Sequence record: SRR20825019_2655
Reading direction: 5' to 3' (one strand)
DNA: 59,317 bases
Positions 19,571 to 29,817 of this stretch are shown piece by piece. Numbering within the stretch: the first letter of the stretch is position 1; the number at the start of each line of letters is the position of its first letter. The notes under the pieces are model-generated. The model ran no database searches. It was not told the origin of the DNA and worked only from the letters and a program-made list of their open reading frames with translations. Position numbers and translations under genes: made by a program.

Positions 19571-20335
19571 ATGGCAACAGTGATACATCCGACTGCGATC
19601 GTGGAGCCCGGCGCCAAACTGGGCGCCGATTGTGAGATCATGGCTTACACGGTGGTGACGAAGCATTGCGTCTTGGGAGATGGCGTCGTCGTGCATCCTT
19701 TTGCCGTGATTGGAGGCGACCCGCAGTATTTGGCCTTTGATCAGGGGCTCGCGACGGGTGTGGAGATTGGCAGCGGGTCGGTGATTCGTGAACACGTCAC
19801 GATCAACCGTTCCATCCACGAAGGTGAATCGACGGTAGTGGGTAAAAAATGTTTTCTCATGGCGACGAGTCACGTGGGCCATGATTGCATCGTCGGCGAT
19901 CACGTGGTGTTGGCCAACGCGGCTTTGCTGGCGGGTCACGTCAGCGTGGGATCGCATACGTTTATGGGCGGTGGTTCGGCGGTGCATCAATTTTGCCGGA
20001 TCGGTGAAAGTGTGATGGTGGCGGGCCTCGCGGCGATCACGCGCGACGTGCCGCCTTTCGTCATGGTGGCGGAACGCGATGATGTGATCGCGCTCAACAA
20101 TGTCGGCTTACGGCGGCGCGGGTTTAGCCGTGACGTGTTGTCGGAATTGAAGCGCGCATATCAGGCCGTGTTTTTTGAAACCGGAAATATCCGCACGCTC
20201 GCGTCCGATTGTTTGAAGGAAGCTGCTGAATTGAATTCTGAGGTGCGACAGTTCCTGGAATTCTTTGCCGAAGGCACCCGTGGTTTCGTGCGGGCGCGGC
20301 ACAACCGAAACAAGGAAGAAGGCGATGCCAGCTAA
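19571..20335 (+). CDS. lpxA: UDP-N-acetylglucosamine O-acyltransferase
   Basis: IHPTAIVE, GGDPQ, IREHVTINR, SHVGHDC, LAGHV, VHQFCRIG; hexapeptide repeats. Confidence 0.95.
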   Translation: MATVIHPTAIVEPGAKLGADCEIMAYTVVTKHCVLGDGVVVHPFAVIGGDPQYLAFDQGLATGVEIGSGSVIREHVTINRSIHEGESTVVGKKCFLMATSHVGHDCIVGDHVVLANAALLAGHVSVGSHTFMGGGSAVHQFCRIGESVMVAGLAAITRDVPPFVMVAERDDVIALNNVGLRRRGFSRDVLSELKRAYQAVFFETGNIRTLASDCLKEAAELNSEVRQFLEFFAEGTRGFVRARHNRNKEEGDAS

Positions 20336-21248
20336 ACTTGCAATTACCTGCGGTGATCCGGCGGGCGTGGGACCTGAAATCATCGCGACATGGTTAACCG
20401 CCAATCCTGATGAGCTTGGGAAAGTGGTCGTGATCGGAGCTCCGAGTTGGTTGCAAACCTTGCCGCCCGAGGTCGCTAGAATTGCGGTTGGTCTCGACTG
20501 CTATGAAGCGCAACCGGGTGTGCCCGATGCGGATGGAGCCCTGGTCGCGTTGGCGGCAATGGAGCGTGCGGCCACCGGATGCACGAACGGCGAGTTCAGC
20601 GGTGTGGTGACCGGTCCCGTGAGTAAAGCCGAGTTGGCGAAGATCGGTTATGCCTTCCCGGGGCAGACCGAATTTTTTGCAGAGCGTTGGGGTGGCGATC
20701 CGGTGATGTGTTTTTGCGGCGAACGGATGCGGATGGCCTTGGTGACCTGGCATGTGCCGTTGGGACAGGTGCCTCAATTGCTTGGACCGACGATGCTGCG
20801 TCGCACGATCACCGCGGCGGATGAATTGGCGCGATGCGATGGCGTGACCTCGCCAAAAATCGGGGTCTGCGGACTCAATCCACATGCCGGCGAGGGAGGT
20901 CTGATCGGCGAGGAGGAACGCGATTTTATTAATCCCACCTTGGAACGGATGCGTGGTGATTTCCCGGGACTCTCGTTGTGTGAAGCGGGAGATACGATTT
21001 TTGGGCGTCATTTGCAGGGTGAGTTCGACGTCGTGGTGGCGCTTTATCACGATCAGGGATTGGGGCCGTTGAAGACCGTGGAATTCGATACGGCGGTCAA
21101 CGTGACGCTTGGCTTACCGCATGTGCGCACCAGTCCTGATCATGGCACGGCGTTTGGCATTGCCGGGCAGGGAAAAGCCTCCTTCAGCAGTTTTGCCAAT
21201 GCGGTGAAAGTCGCGCGACGCTTGATTCGCGCGCGATCCACGCAATAG
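20325..21248 (+). CDS. pdxA: 4-hydroxythreonine-4-phosphate dehydrogenase
   Basis: ITCGDPAGVGPEI, GLNPHAGE, YHDQGL, RTSPDHGTAFGIAG; start taken at MPAKL. Confidence 0.95.
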   Translation: MPAKLAITCGDPAGVGPEIIATWLTANPDELGKVVVIGAPSWLQTLPPEVARIAVGLDCYEAQPGVPDADGALVALAAMERAATGCTNGEFSGVVTGPVSKAELAKIGYAFPGQTEFFAERWGGDPVMCFCGERMRMALVTWHVPLGQVPQLLGPTMLRRTITAADELARCDGVTSPKIGVCGLNPHAGEGGLIGEEERDFINPTLERMRGDFPGLSLCEAGDTIFGRHLQGEFDVVVALYHDQGLGPLKTVEFDTAVNVTLGLPHVRTSPDHGTAFGIAGQGKASFSSFANAVKVARRLIRARSTQ

Positions 21249-21259
21249 TGGAGGGATTG

Positions 21260-21658
21260 ATGACCACCGAGACTGCCCAGATTCCCACCAATCCGCTGAC
21301 GGAGATTCCTGAAGGGGTGCGCGAAGGTAATGAAAAACTCGTGCAGTTGACGGAGGCTTCCGGCGTGAAAGTGAAAAGTCTGATCGCCCGCGAGCAGAAG
21401 GGGGAATACCTGCGGATCGCGATCACCGGCGGCGGCTGCAATGGATTGAGCTATAAGCTGCGTTTCACGCCTGCTCCGAAACGCGGCGATATTTTGGTGC
21501 GGTCCGCCAATGTGCCCGTGTTGGTGGACGGGAAGACGGCGCTTTATTTGAAGGGCACGATTCTTGACTACTCGAATCAACTGATCGCCGGTGGCTTTAA
21601 ATTTACCAATCCCAATGCCAAGGCGAGTTGTTCCTGCGGTGAAAGTTTCAGCGTCTAA
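21260..21658 (+). CDS. HesB/IscA family Fe-S assembly accessory protein
   Basis: GGGCNGLSY, F.NPNA..SCSCGESF. Confidence 0.95.
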   Translation: MTTETAQIPTNPLTEIPEGVREGNEKLVQLTEASGVKVKSLIAREQKGEYLRIAITGGGCNGLSYKLRFTPAPKRGDILVRSANVPVLVDGKTALYLKGTILDYSNQLIAGGFKFTNPNAKASCSCGESFSV

Positions 21659-21756
21659 GATGGCACACTTTTCGCGTCCCTTGAGATTGGTGTTGTCATT
21701 GCGAAAGCGAACCCTGAAAACCAACGCGTCCTGATTACTAGTATTAACCTTATTTA

Positions 21757-22443
21757 ATGGCCAATTCGTTCCCTTCTTCCGGCGGCAAGCGCGGAAATTA
21801 TTATCGCAAAAACAATAATCCCTTTGCTGGCATCCGTCGCAATCACCGTATCCGGGTTCCGGAGGTTCGGGTTATTTCGCCTGAGGGTAAGCAGCTAGGG
21901 ATTTTGGCCACCTCAAAAGCGATTTCACTCGCGATGGAAGTGGGCCTTGAACTCGTCGAAGTGGCACCCAATGCGCGTCCGCCGGTGTGCCGTATTATGG
22001 ATTTCGGTAAATACGTTTACGAGGAGTCCAAAAAGACCTCCAACGCCAAGGCTACGGCGAGCAAGATCAAGGAGATCGAATTTACGCCGCGGATCGAAGA
22101 GAACGACTTTTTCACGAAGCTGCGTCGCGGGGAAGTTTTCCTTTCGCATGGTAGTAAGGTGAAACTGCGTCTGAAGTTTCGGGGACGGGAAATGGCTCGC
22201 ACCGAGCTGGGGTTCAACGTGATGAAACGCGCGATTGAAGAACTCTCCACGATGAGCACCGCGGATGCGGAGCCCAAGTTGGTGGGGCGTAACATCAATG
22301 TGATGTTGACGGCGTTGCCGGCGAATAAGCGCAAACTCAAGTTTCACACGGAAGAAGAATTGGCGAAGAAGGGCGGGACATCAGCCTCCGCTTCTGAATC
22401 CGAAGATCGTGCTCCTGAATCCGACGATAAAGCGGAGTCCTGA
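21757..22443 (+). CDS. infC: Translation initiation factor IF-3
   Basis: RIRVPEVRVI, LVEVAPNARPPVCRIMDFGKY, FRGREM. Confidence 0.97.
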   Translation: MANSFPSSGGKRGNYYRKNNNPFAGIRRNHRIRVPEVRVISPEGKQLGILATSKAISLAMEVGLELVEVAPNARPPVCRIMDFGKYVYEESKKTSNAKATASKIKEIEFTPRIEENDFFTKLRRGEVFLSHGSKVKLRLKFRGREMARTELGFNVMKRAIEELSTMSTADAEPKLVGRNINVMLTALPANKRKLKFHTEEELAKKGGTSASASESEDRAPESDDKAES

Positions 22444-22453
22444 GAAGATTACC

Positions 22454-23518
22454 GTGAGAGCGGGTTGGTTTAAATCGCTGCGGCTCGCACTGAGCGTGGT
22501 CGCTTTGATTTCGCTGGGGGCGGTCGAGTTATCAGCTGTCCCGAAACGCTCCGCGAAGATCACTTTGGCGGGCAGCGAGTATTGGTCGGCGTCTCAATTT
22601 GCCGCGCATTTTGGGATGAAAAGTATCCCTGGAAAGGAAGGCCGCGCTCTTACCCTGAAAAGTGCCTGGACGACGATTGAGATGGAAGCAGGCAGCAGGG
22701 AATGTTTGGTCAACGGGCTAAGAGTGTTTCTCGGCGACGCCGTGGAGCTGTCGAAAGGTGTTCTCTATCTGAGTCGAATCGACGCCGAAAAAAGGCTGAC
22801 CCCGTTGCTCTTGCCGGGAAAAGGCGTGGCCACCGTTTCACAGGTGCGCACAATTGTGATCGATCCGGGGCATGGTGGCCGCGACCCGGGCAAAGAAAAC
22901 AATCGCCTTCATGTGAATGAAAAGGAGATGGCGTTGGATACCGCGCGCCGTTTGCAATCAGTTTTGGAAAGCCAAGGCTATCGCGTGGTGCTCACGCGCA
23001 ATTCCGATCAGCACCTCGCGCCCACCAAAGCGGGGGATTTGCATCGCCGTGCGGCGATCGCCAATGAGATGAAGGCGGACTTATTTATCAGCCTGCACTA
23101 CAATGCAGTTGGAGCGAGAGCTCAGAAAGTGAGTGGTCTGGAGGTTTACACGCTGACCCCACAGGGCCAGTTTTCGACGGCTGATTCCCAGCAGAAGGAT
23201 CAAGATGGCGCGGCGGAAAAATTGGTCGGCAACGCGTATGACCATTGGAACACCGTGATTGGTTACCAAGTCCAGCGTCGGATGCTTTCTGAACTGGGGA
23301 CGGTTGACCGCGGTTTAAAACATGCGCGCTGGGCGGTATTACGGGATGCGAATTGCCCAGCGATATTGATTGAGAGTGGCTTTCTCTCCAACGACGAGGA
23401 GGCTCGGAAAATCATGCAGCCGGCCTATCGTCAAAAAATCGCGGTCGCGATTGCGGATGCGGTGCAGGCGTATGGAAATATTGTCGCGGGGGTGCGAAAC
23501 CGCCGGACTGAGCCCTAG
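22454..23518 (+). CDS. N-acetylmuramoyl-L-alanine amidase (Amidase_3)
   Basis: IVIDPGHGGRDPG, EKEMALD, LFISLHYNA, PAILIESGFLSN; probable GTG start at 22454. Confidence 0.93.
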   Translation: MRAGWFKSLRLALSVVALISLGAVELSAVPKRSAKITLAGSEYWSASQFAAHFGMKSIPGKEGRALTLKSAWTTIEMEAGSRECLVNGLRVFLGDAVELSKGVLYLSRIDAEKRLTPLLLPGKGVATVSQVRTIVIDPGHGGRDPGKENNRLHVNEKEMALDTARRLQSVLESQGYRVVLTRNSDQHLAPTKAGDLHRRAAIANEMKADLFISLHYNAVGARAQKVSGLEVYTLTPQGQFSTADSQQKDQDGAAEKLVGNAYDHWNTVIGYQVQRRMLSELGTVDRGLKHARWAVLRDANCPAILIESGFLSNDEEARKIMQPAYRQKIAVAIADAVQAYGNIVAGVRNRRTEP

Positions 23519-23606
23519 CGCAGGGCTGCGGAAGCGCTTGCCATCAGGGCGCAGATCGTTCCCAACTGAACCACGTGTCAGGATGTTCGATGCAACCCAC
23601 CAGCTT

Positions 23607-24632
23607 ATGAAATTACGTAGTCTCTTAATTTGGACGATGATCAGTGTGGCGGGGCAGTCTTCGCTGTTGGCTTGGAACTACGAAGGGCACCGCATGGTGA
23701 ATGAACTCGCGCTGGCATCCTTGCCGGATGATTTCCCGGATTTTGTCCATGCTCCCCAAGCGGCTGAACGCATTGCTTTTCTCTCGGGCGAACCCGATCG
23801 CTGGCGGAACAACCCGGAGTTGCCGATCAAGCATTACAATGGGCTCGATCATTATTTTGATGCCGAGTATCTCGCCTTGGCCGGATTGGATGCCCGCCAA
23901 GTCTCTGATTTGCGTTATCGCTTTGCGGTGGAATTTGCCGAAGGCCGGAAGACTCATGCCGATAAATTTCCTCCGATAGATCACAAACGGAATGACGATC
24001 AGACGCAGCAGTGGTCCGGTTTTTTGCCGTGGGCGATCACCGAATATTACGGAAAACTGCGCTCAGCTTTCTCCTATTTGAAGACCTTTGAGCAGCACGG
24101 GGGCACGCCGGAAGAGATCCAGAATGCGCGGGAGAACATCATTTATATCATGGGGGTGATGGGACACTATGTGGGAGACGGTGCCCAGCCCCTGCACACG
24201 TCGATGCATCACAATGGTTGGGTGGGAGACAACCCGGAACGCTTTACGACTTGGCGGGGAATTCATTCCTGGATTGATGGGGGACTGATTGCGAAGGCGG
24301 AGATTACCTCTGAGAAACTGCTCCCCCGCGTCACGGCGGTCCGCGCTTTGGTATTGTCCGATCGATCGGATGGACGGAATCCGATCTTTGTCGCCACGAT
24401 GGATTACCTGTTGGCGCAAAATGCGCTGGTGGTGCCTTTCTACCAGATGGAGAAGGAGGACCGGTTTAAGTCCGATCAAATCTCCAAGGATCCGACCGGT
24501 AGCGAATTTATCGAAGGGCAGCTGCTCCGGGGCGGCGCAATGCTCGGGAAAATCTGGCTGACGGCATGGGAGAATGCGGCTGAGGACAGTTATCTCGCGA
24601 AGCAGTTGGCGAAGCGCGCCTCCGCGGACTGA
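23607..24632 (+). CDS. S1/P1 nuclease / Zn-dependent phospholipase C family, secreted
   Basis: Signal peptide then mature WNYEGH; EPDRWR, HYFD, HYVGDGAQPLH, IHSWID. Confidence 0.85.
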   Translation: MKLRSLLIWTMISVAGQSSLLAWNYEGHRMVNELALASLPDDFPDFVHAPQAAERIAFLSGEPDRWRNNPELPIKHYNGLDHYFDAEYLALAGLDARQVSDLRYRFAVEFAEGRKTHADKFPPIDHKRNDDQTQQWSGFLPWAITEYYGKLRSAFSYLKTFEQHGGTPEEIQNARENIIYIMGVMGHYVGDGAQPLHTSMHHNGWVGDNPERFTTWRGIHSWIDGGLIAKAEITSEKLLPRVTAVRALVLSDRSDGRNPIFVATMDYLLAQNALVVPFYQMEKEDRFKSDQISKDPTGSEFIEGQLLRGGAMLGKIWLTAWENAAEDSYLAKQLAKRASAD

Positions 24633-24637
24633 TTAGC

Positions 24638-25027
24638 TCAGGGATTCTGGCTTAAGAAACCGGCCCCGGCGTGGCCGAGCCAGACGCCGATGAGGCAGAG
24701 CACGACAGACCCGATCACATAGGCTGCCGCTTGCAGCCAATCGCCATCGCGCATGAGATTGAGCGTTTGCAGACCAAAAGTAGAAAAGGTGGTGAAACCG
24801 CCGCATATCCCGGTGATGAGAAATTGACGGGTTTCCAGATTGCCCCAGAGGCGCCCATCCGCTCCCGACAGATAGGCGAGGACGCCGATCAGAAAACACC
24901 CGATTAGATTCACACTCAAGGTTCCCCAGGGGAAGCCTTCGCCCCAACGAGAATCGATCGAAGTGGAGAGCGCATAGCGCAGGACGCTTCCAAGTGCGCC
25001 CCCGAGAGCGATGGCAAGATAGGTCAT
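24638..25027 (-). CDS. crcB: Fluoride efflux channel CrcB/FluC
   Basis: GGALGSVLRY, FPWGTLSVN, TGICGGFTTFSTF. Confidence 0.96.
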   Translation of the reverse strand: MTYLAIALGGALGSVLRYALSTSIDSRWGEGFPWGTLSVNLIGCFLIGVLAYLSGADGRLWGNLETRQFLITGICGGFTTFSTFGLQTLNLMRDGDWLQAAAYVIGSVVLCLIGVWLGHAGAGFLSQNP

Positions 25028-25149
25028 GAATGGTGGGCTGTCTCAGAATTCCGGTTTCGAGGAATCCGCAGTTTCGAATAGTGCCGGAGATTTGGCAAGA
25101 AGGGGAATGAAGACTCGTCAGGGAGGGAGAGGCCCGACACCGTATCGGA

Positions 25150-26781
25150 GTGCCAAAGTGGTTTGTGATATTTTTTTGGATGGTTGCAGGCAATGCACTG
25201 GCGGGTGGGGCTGACGAAGCCTCCCGAGTCGTGCTGGTCGCCAATCGTGCCGACCCGGATTCACAACGTATCGCCGAGCACTACGCGCTGCGTCGTGGCG
25301 TGCCGGTGGAGAATATCATCAGTTTGGAGATGCCGCTGACGGAGACGATCACCTGGCGGGATTTTGTGCTGAGTATTTGGCAACCGTTACAGGATGAACT
25401 GGTGGAACGTGAGTGGATCGATGGGATCGCGATGAGTCTGCACGACGATTACGGCCGTCGGAAGATCGCGTTTTCCGGACATCGGATCTCGTATCTGGTC
25501 CTGTGTCGTGGTGTGCCTCTGCGGATCAAACATGAGCCGACCCTGATGAGTGAGGTTAAAGGACTGACGGATCGCGCGCAGTTTCGAACCAATCGTTCCT
25601 CGGTCGATTCTGAACTGAGTCTCCTCGCCGCGGGGAATTACAATATCAATGCTTTCATTCCCAATCCGCTTTATCGAAAGGAATCTCCGGCGGATTTAAT
25701 CCTTGAGAATGTGGTGCGAGTATCGCGGCTTGATGGTCCTTCCGCCAAGGATGTCTTTGGGATGATTGATGGTGCATTGCAGGCGGAACGGGAAGGGTTG
25801 ATCGGTCGGGCCTATGTGGATTCCAAAGGGCCCTACCCGCAGGGGGATCGTTGGCTCAAACGCACGGCGAAGGAGTTTCGCGATTTGAATTTTCCGATTA
25901 CGGAACGGGACGAGGCTGGCACGTTTCCCGAGAATGCCCGGTTTGATGCCCCGGCGCTCTATGCGGGTTGGTATACGAGCAATGTGGACGGACCTTTTAC
26001 CCTGCCGGGCTTTCGTTTCGCGCCCGGTGCTATCGCCATGCATATCCACAGCTATTCAGCTCATACGCTTCATTCTGATAGCAAATCATGGTGCGGTCCC
26101 TTGCTCGCGCGTGGTGCGGTGGCGACCTGTGGAGCAGTCTATGAACCGTATTTGGAACTCATGCATCATCCGGATCTGTTATTCAAAGGACTGGCGGAAG
26201 GGATGACCTTTGGTGAGGCCGGTTATTACTCCGTTTCGGTGTTGAGTTGGCAGAATGTCTTAATTGGCGATCCCTTGTATCGACCTTTTCAAAGAAGCCA
26301 GACCGAGCAATGGACGCGCCGAGACGAGGTTTCACCACAGTTATTGCCTTATGTGATTCTTCGGGAAATGCAGCGGTTGCAATCGGCGGGTCTGGTTGAC
26401 GACGCGGTGGCCTTGGCGAATCGCGAACAAAAAGCCCGGCCCAGTTTACCGGTGGGAGTGGCTTTGGCGGAGATTCTTACCGAAAGAGGCGATGTCGAAG
26501 GAGCCGCTCGTGCCGTGGGATTTGCGCGCTATCTGAAAAGAGTCGAAGTCAATAGCTGGGGCCTCCTCGCGGCGACTGTGCCGTATCTGACGGCCGGAGG
26601 CAAAGGTAAGTCCGGGGTGGAGGTTTATCGAAACCTGCTTGCGCTGAAACGTGCTCCGAAAGAATTGCGCATTCAGTGGCTCGCCGAAGCGATCAAAGTG
26701 GCTCACGGGATTGGCGACATGCGGCAGGGCATGGATTGGGAACGTGAGAAAACACAACTGGCTGCCGAGCCCATAAAATAG
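25150..26781 (+). CDS. TIGR03790 family protein
   Basis: VLVAN..DS..IAEHYA.RRG, SVDSELSL, SRLDG, YAGWY, GAVYEPYL, IGDPLYRPF. Confidence 0.85.
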   Translation: MPKWFVIFFWMVAGNALAGGADEASRVVLVANRADPDSQRIAEHYALRRGVPVENIISLEMPLTETITWRDFVLSIWQPLQDELVEREWIDGIAMSLHDDYGRRKIAFSGHRISYLVLCRGVPLRIKHEPTLMSEVKGLTDRAQFRTNRSSVDSELSLLAAGNYNINAFIPNPLYRKESPADLILENVVRVSRLDGPSAKDVFGMIDGALQAEREGLIGRAYVDSKGPYPQGDRWLKRTAKEFRDLNFPITERDEAGTFPENARFDAPALYAGWYTSNVDGPFTLPGFRFAPGAIAMHIHSYSAHTLHSDSKSWCGPLLARGAVATCGAVYEPYLELMHHPDLLFKGLAEGMTFGEAGYYSVSVLSWQNVLIGDPLYRPFQRSQTEQWTRRDEVSPQLLPYVILREMQRLQSAGLVDDAVALANREQKARPSLPVGVALAEILTERGDVEGAARAVGFARYLKRVEVNSWGLLAATVPYLTAGGKGKSGVEVYRNLLALKRAPKELRIQWLAEAIKVAHGIGDMRQGMDWEREKTQLAAEPIK

Positions 26782-26801
26782 GCGAACCCGCAGGTTCGCC
26801 T
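26780..26801. terminator. Hairpin between convergent genes
   Basis: AGGCGAACC-CGCA-GGTTCGCCT. Confidence 0.6.
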
Positions 26802-26828
26802 GAAATTTATTCCAATCGGGATACTGGG

Positions 26829-27473
26829 TTAGACTTTATCCACGATCTCGTCGGCCAAGCCGTATTCAATGGCTTCCTTGGCGTTAAGATAGAAGTCACG
26901 ATCGGTATCCTGAGTAATTCGTTCCAAGGGTTGTCCCGAGGCATTGGCAAGGATCTGATTCAGCTCTTCACGCAGTTTTTCCATTTCCTGTGCTTGGATA
27001 TTGATATCCGTCGCGGGACCGATGAATCGTCCGGAAATGAGCGGTTGGTGAATAAGCACCCGTGAATGAGGATAGAGCAGGCGGCGTCCCTTCTTGGCGC
27101 CACTGAGGAGGATGGAGCCCATCGAAGCAGCCATCCCGGTAACGACGACGGTGATCGGCGAGGTGACCATTTGCATGGTGTCGTAAACCGCCATCCCGGC
27201 GGTGATTGAGCCACCCGGAGTATTGATGTAGAAGGTGATTTTTTCCCCGGGAGCGTTGGCTTCGAGATAGAGCAGCTTTTCGGTGATATCCTTGGCGGTT
27301 TCATCGGTAACGGCTCCCCAGAGGAAGATTTTCCGCTGCTCGAGAAATTTCTTTTGAATCAACGCAGCCACAGGAGTGGCGTTTTTCGCGTTGGAGGAAG
27401 ATTCTTCATCCTCATCATCATCGGCGCGTGGGAGCGGTTCCTGAAGTCCGGGCTGGAGGTTGGCAAATGGCAT
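26829..27473 (-). CDS. clpP: ATP-dependent Clp protease proteolytic subunit
   Basis: YINTPGGSITAG, AASMGS, LIHQP, DTDRDFY. Confidence 0.96.
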   Translation of the reverse strand: MPFANLQPGLQEPLPRADDDEDEESSSNAKNATPVAALIQKKFLEQRKIFLWGAVTDETAKDITEKLLYLEANAPGEKITFYINTPGGSITAGMAVYDTMQMVTSPITVVVTGMAASMGSILLSGAKKGRRLLYPHSRVLIHQPLISGRFIGPATDINIQAQEMEKLREELNQILANASGQPLERITQDTDRDFYLNAKEAIEYGLADEIVDKV

Positions 27474-27543
27474 AGAGCGGAAAATTTGAACGTTGGACGC
27501 GATTTGGCAAGGGCTCAGGAACGATTATCGAGGAGGAGGTTCC

Positions 27544-29157
27544 TTAATAGAAGAGATCCAGCTTGGCTCTGAGCTCCGCCGGGAGGGAAATGTCTTCGGG
27601 GAGTTGATGACTGATCTTTCTGAGTAGTTCGCTGGGCTCCGGATCCAGTGAAAAGAGCTGGGGCAGGTATTCTGGAACCGCTTTCCAGTGAGAGGTTTCA
27701 ATATCGTGTCGCGCGAGGGTGATTAAGGGGAGGGGGTTTCCCTGGCTGCGTTCCACCAGATAAAGGAGAACCCGCCGCATATCCCCGGATTGATTCATGT
27801 CCCGCAGACGATTCACCAAGAGGAAGGTATCGGAAACCATGTCGCCGTAGTCTTCCGAAAGGGAAAGTTTCAACCAAGTATCGCCCATCAGAGTTTCCCC
27901 CAGCCCGTAACTGGCCCAGGCCCTCAACTGGTTCAGATTGGCTCGATTAACCTTTGTGAGTTGGGGGTAGTCATCCAGTGCATTCCCTGTTTTGAGCGCG
28001 GCCAGATATTCCTGATTCGCACACTGGGATTGCATCACCGCGATCTGGTAAAAGACGGGCGGGAGACCTTGTTCATTTTCCGACGCTGTCTCACGCACTT
28101 GGATCGTTAAATCGGGCCGCGGGAAGTTCATGACCGCATTTGCCATCAAGCCCAATGCCCGCGGGTCCTCCGCGAAAGTGCTGAGGTAGTTGGCAAATTC
28201 ACGCTCCATCTCATCTGTCTGCTGAGTCGCATGCAGCAGCGTGATCAAATCGATACGGGCACCGGAACTTTCCGGATTGAGGAACACGCGTTGGAGCGCG
28301 ATTCGTCGGGCATCTTCCAGGCGACCTGCTTTCCGATACAGCGGGATCAGTTTAAGAATGATCTGATCTTTTTTGGATGTCTGATGAAGTTCCTCGAGCT
28401 TCATTATGGCCAGCTTCGGATAGCCCTGGGCTTGATCCACATCGGAGAGGAAAATACGTCCACGCAGGGAGCGATCCAACGACCATTGACCGAGAATTTC
28501 TTTTGCTTTTTCACCCTGATGCAAATCCAGGTGAGCTTGGGCAACATGATAAACGAGTTCCTCGTGGGCAGGATTTTTTTCGGGAGTTGATGGCAGGAGT
28601 TCTGAACCTATTTCAATAATTCTGCGGGACTCCTTTTCTTTTTGGAGCAGGGTGAGCAGGCGCCGCAGGTAGTCAGCATCGTTCGACGCCTCCTTCAACC
28701 CCTGTTCAAGAATCTGGATGGCGAGATCGGTGCGCTGGATTTGGCTGTAGATATCGGCAAGGATCCGGCGCGCTTCCCGTTGGCTCCGGTCCTTGGCAAT
28801 CGAGAGTCGCAGGTTGAACACGGCTTTCGACCAGGCGCCCTTGTTGAGATGTGCTTTGGCGGCCTTGAGATAGTGACGACTCATCGTCACCCGGTAAGCC
28901 TCGACGCGTAAGGGGTAAAATGCGATGTCGATGAAACTGACGTCTTCGACCTGACGTTGGAATTTCACAAATCCCCAAGCCGCCGCCGAGAGACTCAACC
29001 AGCCGATAACACAGAGGACACCGAGGAGGGTTACAATGCGCGACCAGAATATATAGAATTGATTGCCGTCCTTGGATTGCAGGCGGATCCACAGTTTACG
29101 ACGAAACGCCTTGTCCCGGGGGTCGAATTTGAAGGCGGCTTGTTTGTCTGATTGCAC
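27544..29157 (-). CDS. Membrane-anchored TPR-like protein
   Basis: N-terminal TM segment followed by helical repeats such as EARRILADIYSQIQRTDLAIQILEQGL. Confidence 0.7.
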   Translation of the reverse strand: MQSDKQAAFKFDPRDKAFRRKLWIRLQSKDGNQFYIFWSRIVTLLGVLCVIGWLSLSAAAWGFVKFQRQVEDVSFIDIAFYPLRVEAYRVTMSRHYLKAAKAHLNKGAWSKAVFNLRLSIAKDRSQREARRILADIYSQIQRTDLAIQILEQGLKEASNDADYLRRLLTLLQKEKESRRIIEIGSELLPSTPEKNPAHEELVYHVAQAHLDLHQGEKAKEILGQWSLDRSLRGRIFLSDVDQAQGYPKLAIMKLEELHQTSKKDQIILKLIPLYRKAGRLEDARRIALQRVFLNPESSGARIDLITLLHATQQTDEMEREFANYLSTFAEDPRALGLMANAVMNFPRPDLTIQVRETASENEQGLPPVFYQIAVMQSQCANQEYLAALKTGNALDDYPQLTKVNRANLNQLRAWASYGLGETLMGDTWLKLSLSEDYGDMVSDTFLLVNRLRDMNQSGDMRRVLLYLVERSQGNPLPLITLARHDIETSHWKAVPEYLPQLFSLDPEPSELLRKISHQLPEDISLPAELRAKLDLFY

Positions 29158-29262
29158 TGAGGGGGATCGTGCGCACTCACGTCATTCTGGCAAGTGAGGC
29201 TTTCCGACTTAGCGGAGGCAGAGTCAACAAATCGCGCCGCTGCGGATTCTCTGCCAGATGAC

Positions 29263-29811
29263 TTAAATCAGCCCCAGTTTCATTTTTCCCTCTTCGGAAA
29301 TCATGCTCTGGTTCCAGGCCGGCTCCCAAGTGATATTGACTTCGGCTTCATCGACGCCGGGCACCAGCAGGATCTTGCTCTTGGCATCCTCGGCGATGGC
29401 GGGACCCATCCCGCAACCGGGGGCGGTCAGGGTCATCGCGACGCTTACTTTGAAGGCTTCGTCTTCCTTCTTTTCAATGTCCATGGAGTAAACCAACCCG
29501 AGATCCACGATGTTGACGGGGATTTCGGGATCGTAGACTTTGCGCAACTGAGCCCACACGGTCTCCGGATCGGGAGAACCATCGGCGAGCGCTTCAGCTT
29601 CGATCTTGGCTTCGCTGACTTCTTCACCGATCGCATCTCCATCTTTTCCATCAATCCGGAAAAGACCGAAATCCGTTTGCACGGTGTAACTGCCACCGAG
29701 GGTCTGATGGATGAATAGTTTGGAACCTTCGGCGAGAGTTTGCTTATCGCCCGAGGGGATTTGCGTAACGACGATTTCGCGGGAGAGCGTGCGTTCTTTG
29801 GAAGCGGACAT
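29263..29811 (-). CDS. sufT: Fe-S assembly protein SufT (DUF59)
   Basis: QTLGGSYTV, VYDPEIPVNIVDLGLVY, MTLTAPGCGMG. Confidence 0.92.
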   Translation of the reverse strand: MSASKERTLSREIVVTQIPSGDKQTLAEGSKLFIHQTLGGSYTVQTDFGLFRIDGKDGDAIGEEVSEAKIEAEALADGSPDPETVWAQLRKVYDPEIPVNIVDLGLVYSMDIEKKEDEAFKVSVAMTLTAPGCGMGPAIAEDAKSKILLVPGVDEAEVNITWEPAWNQSMISEEGKMKLGLI

Positions 29812-29817
29812 GGCTGA

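Noticed and set aside
23370-23606. N-terminal extensions in the ORF track (also 20265, 33471, 38103, 40171, 55416)
   Set aside because: They overlap upstream genes or precede the signal peptide or family start; downstream starts fit better.
25028-25149. Fluoride riboswitch upstream of crcB
   Set aside because: I could not find the GGCGATG...GCTGATGAC-type consensus by eye; a covariance-model scan would be decisive.
29158-29262. Possible ncRNA or tRNA in the intergenic gap
   Set aside because: Only a loose GGCAGAG/CTCTGCC stem; no cloverleaf or recognisable family.
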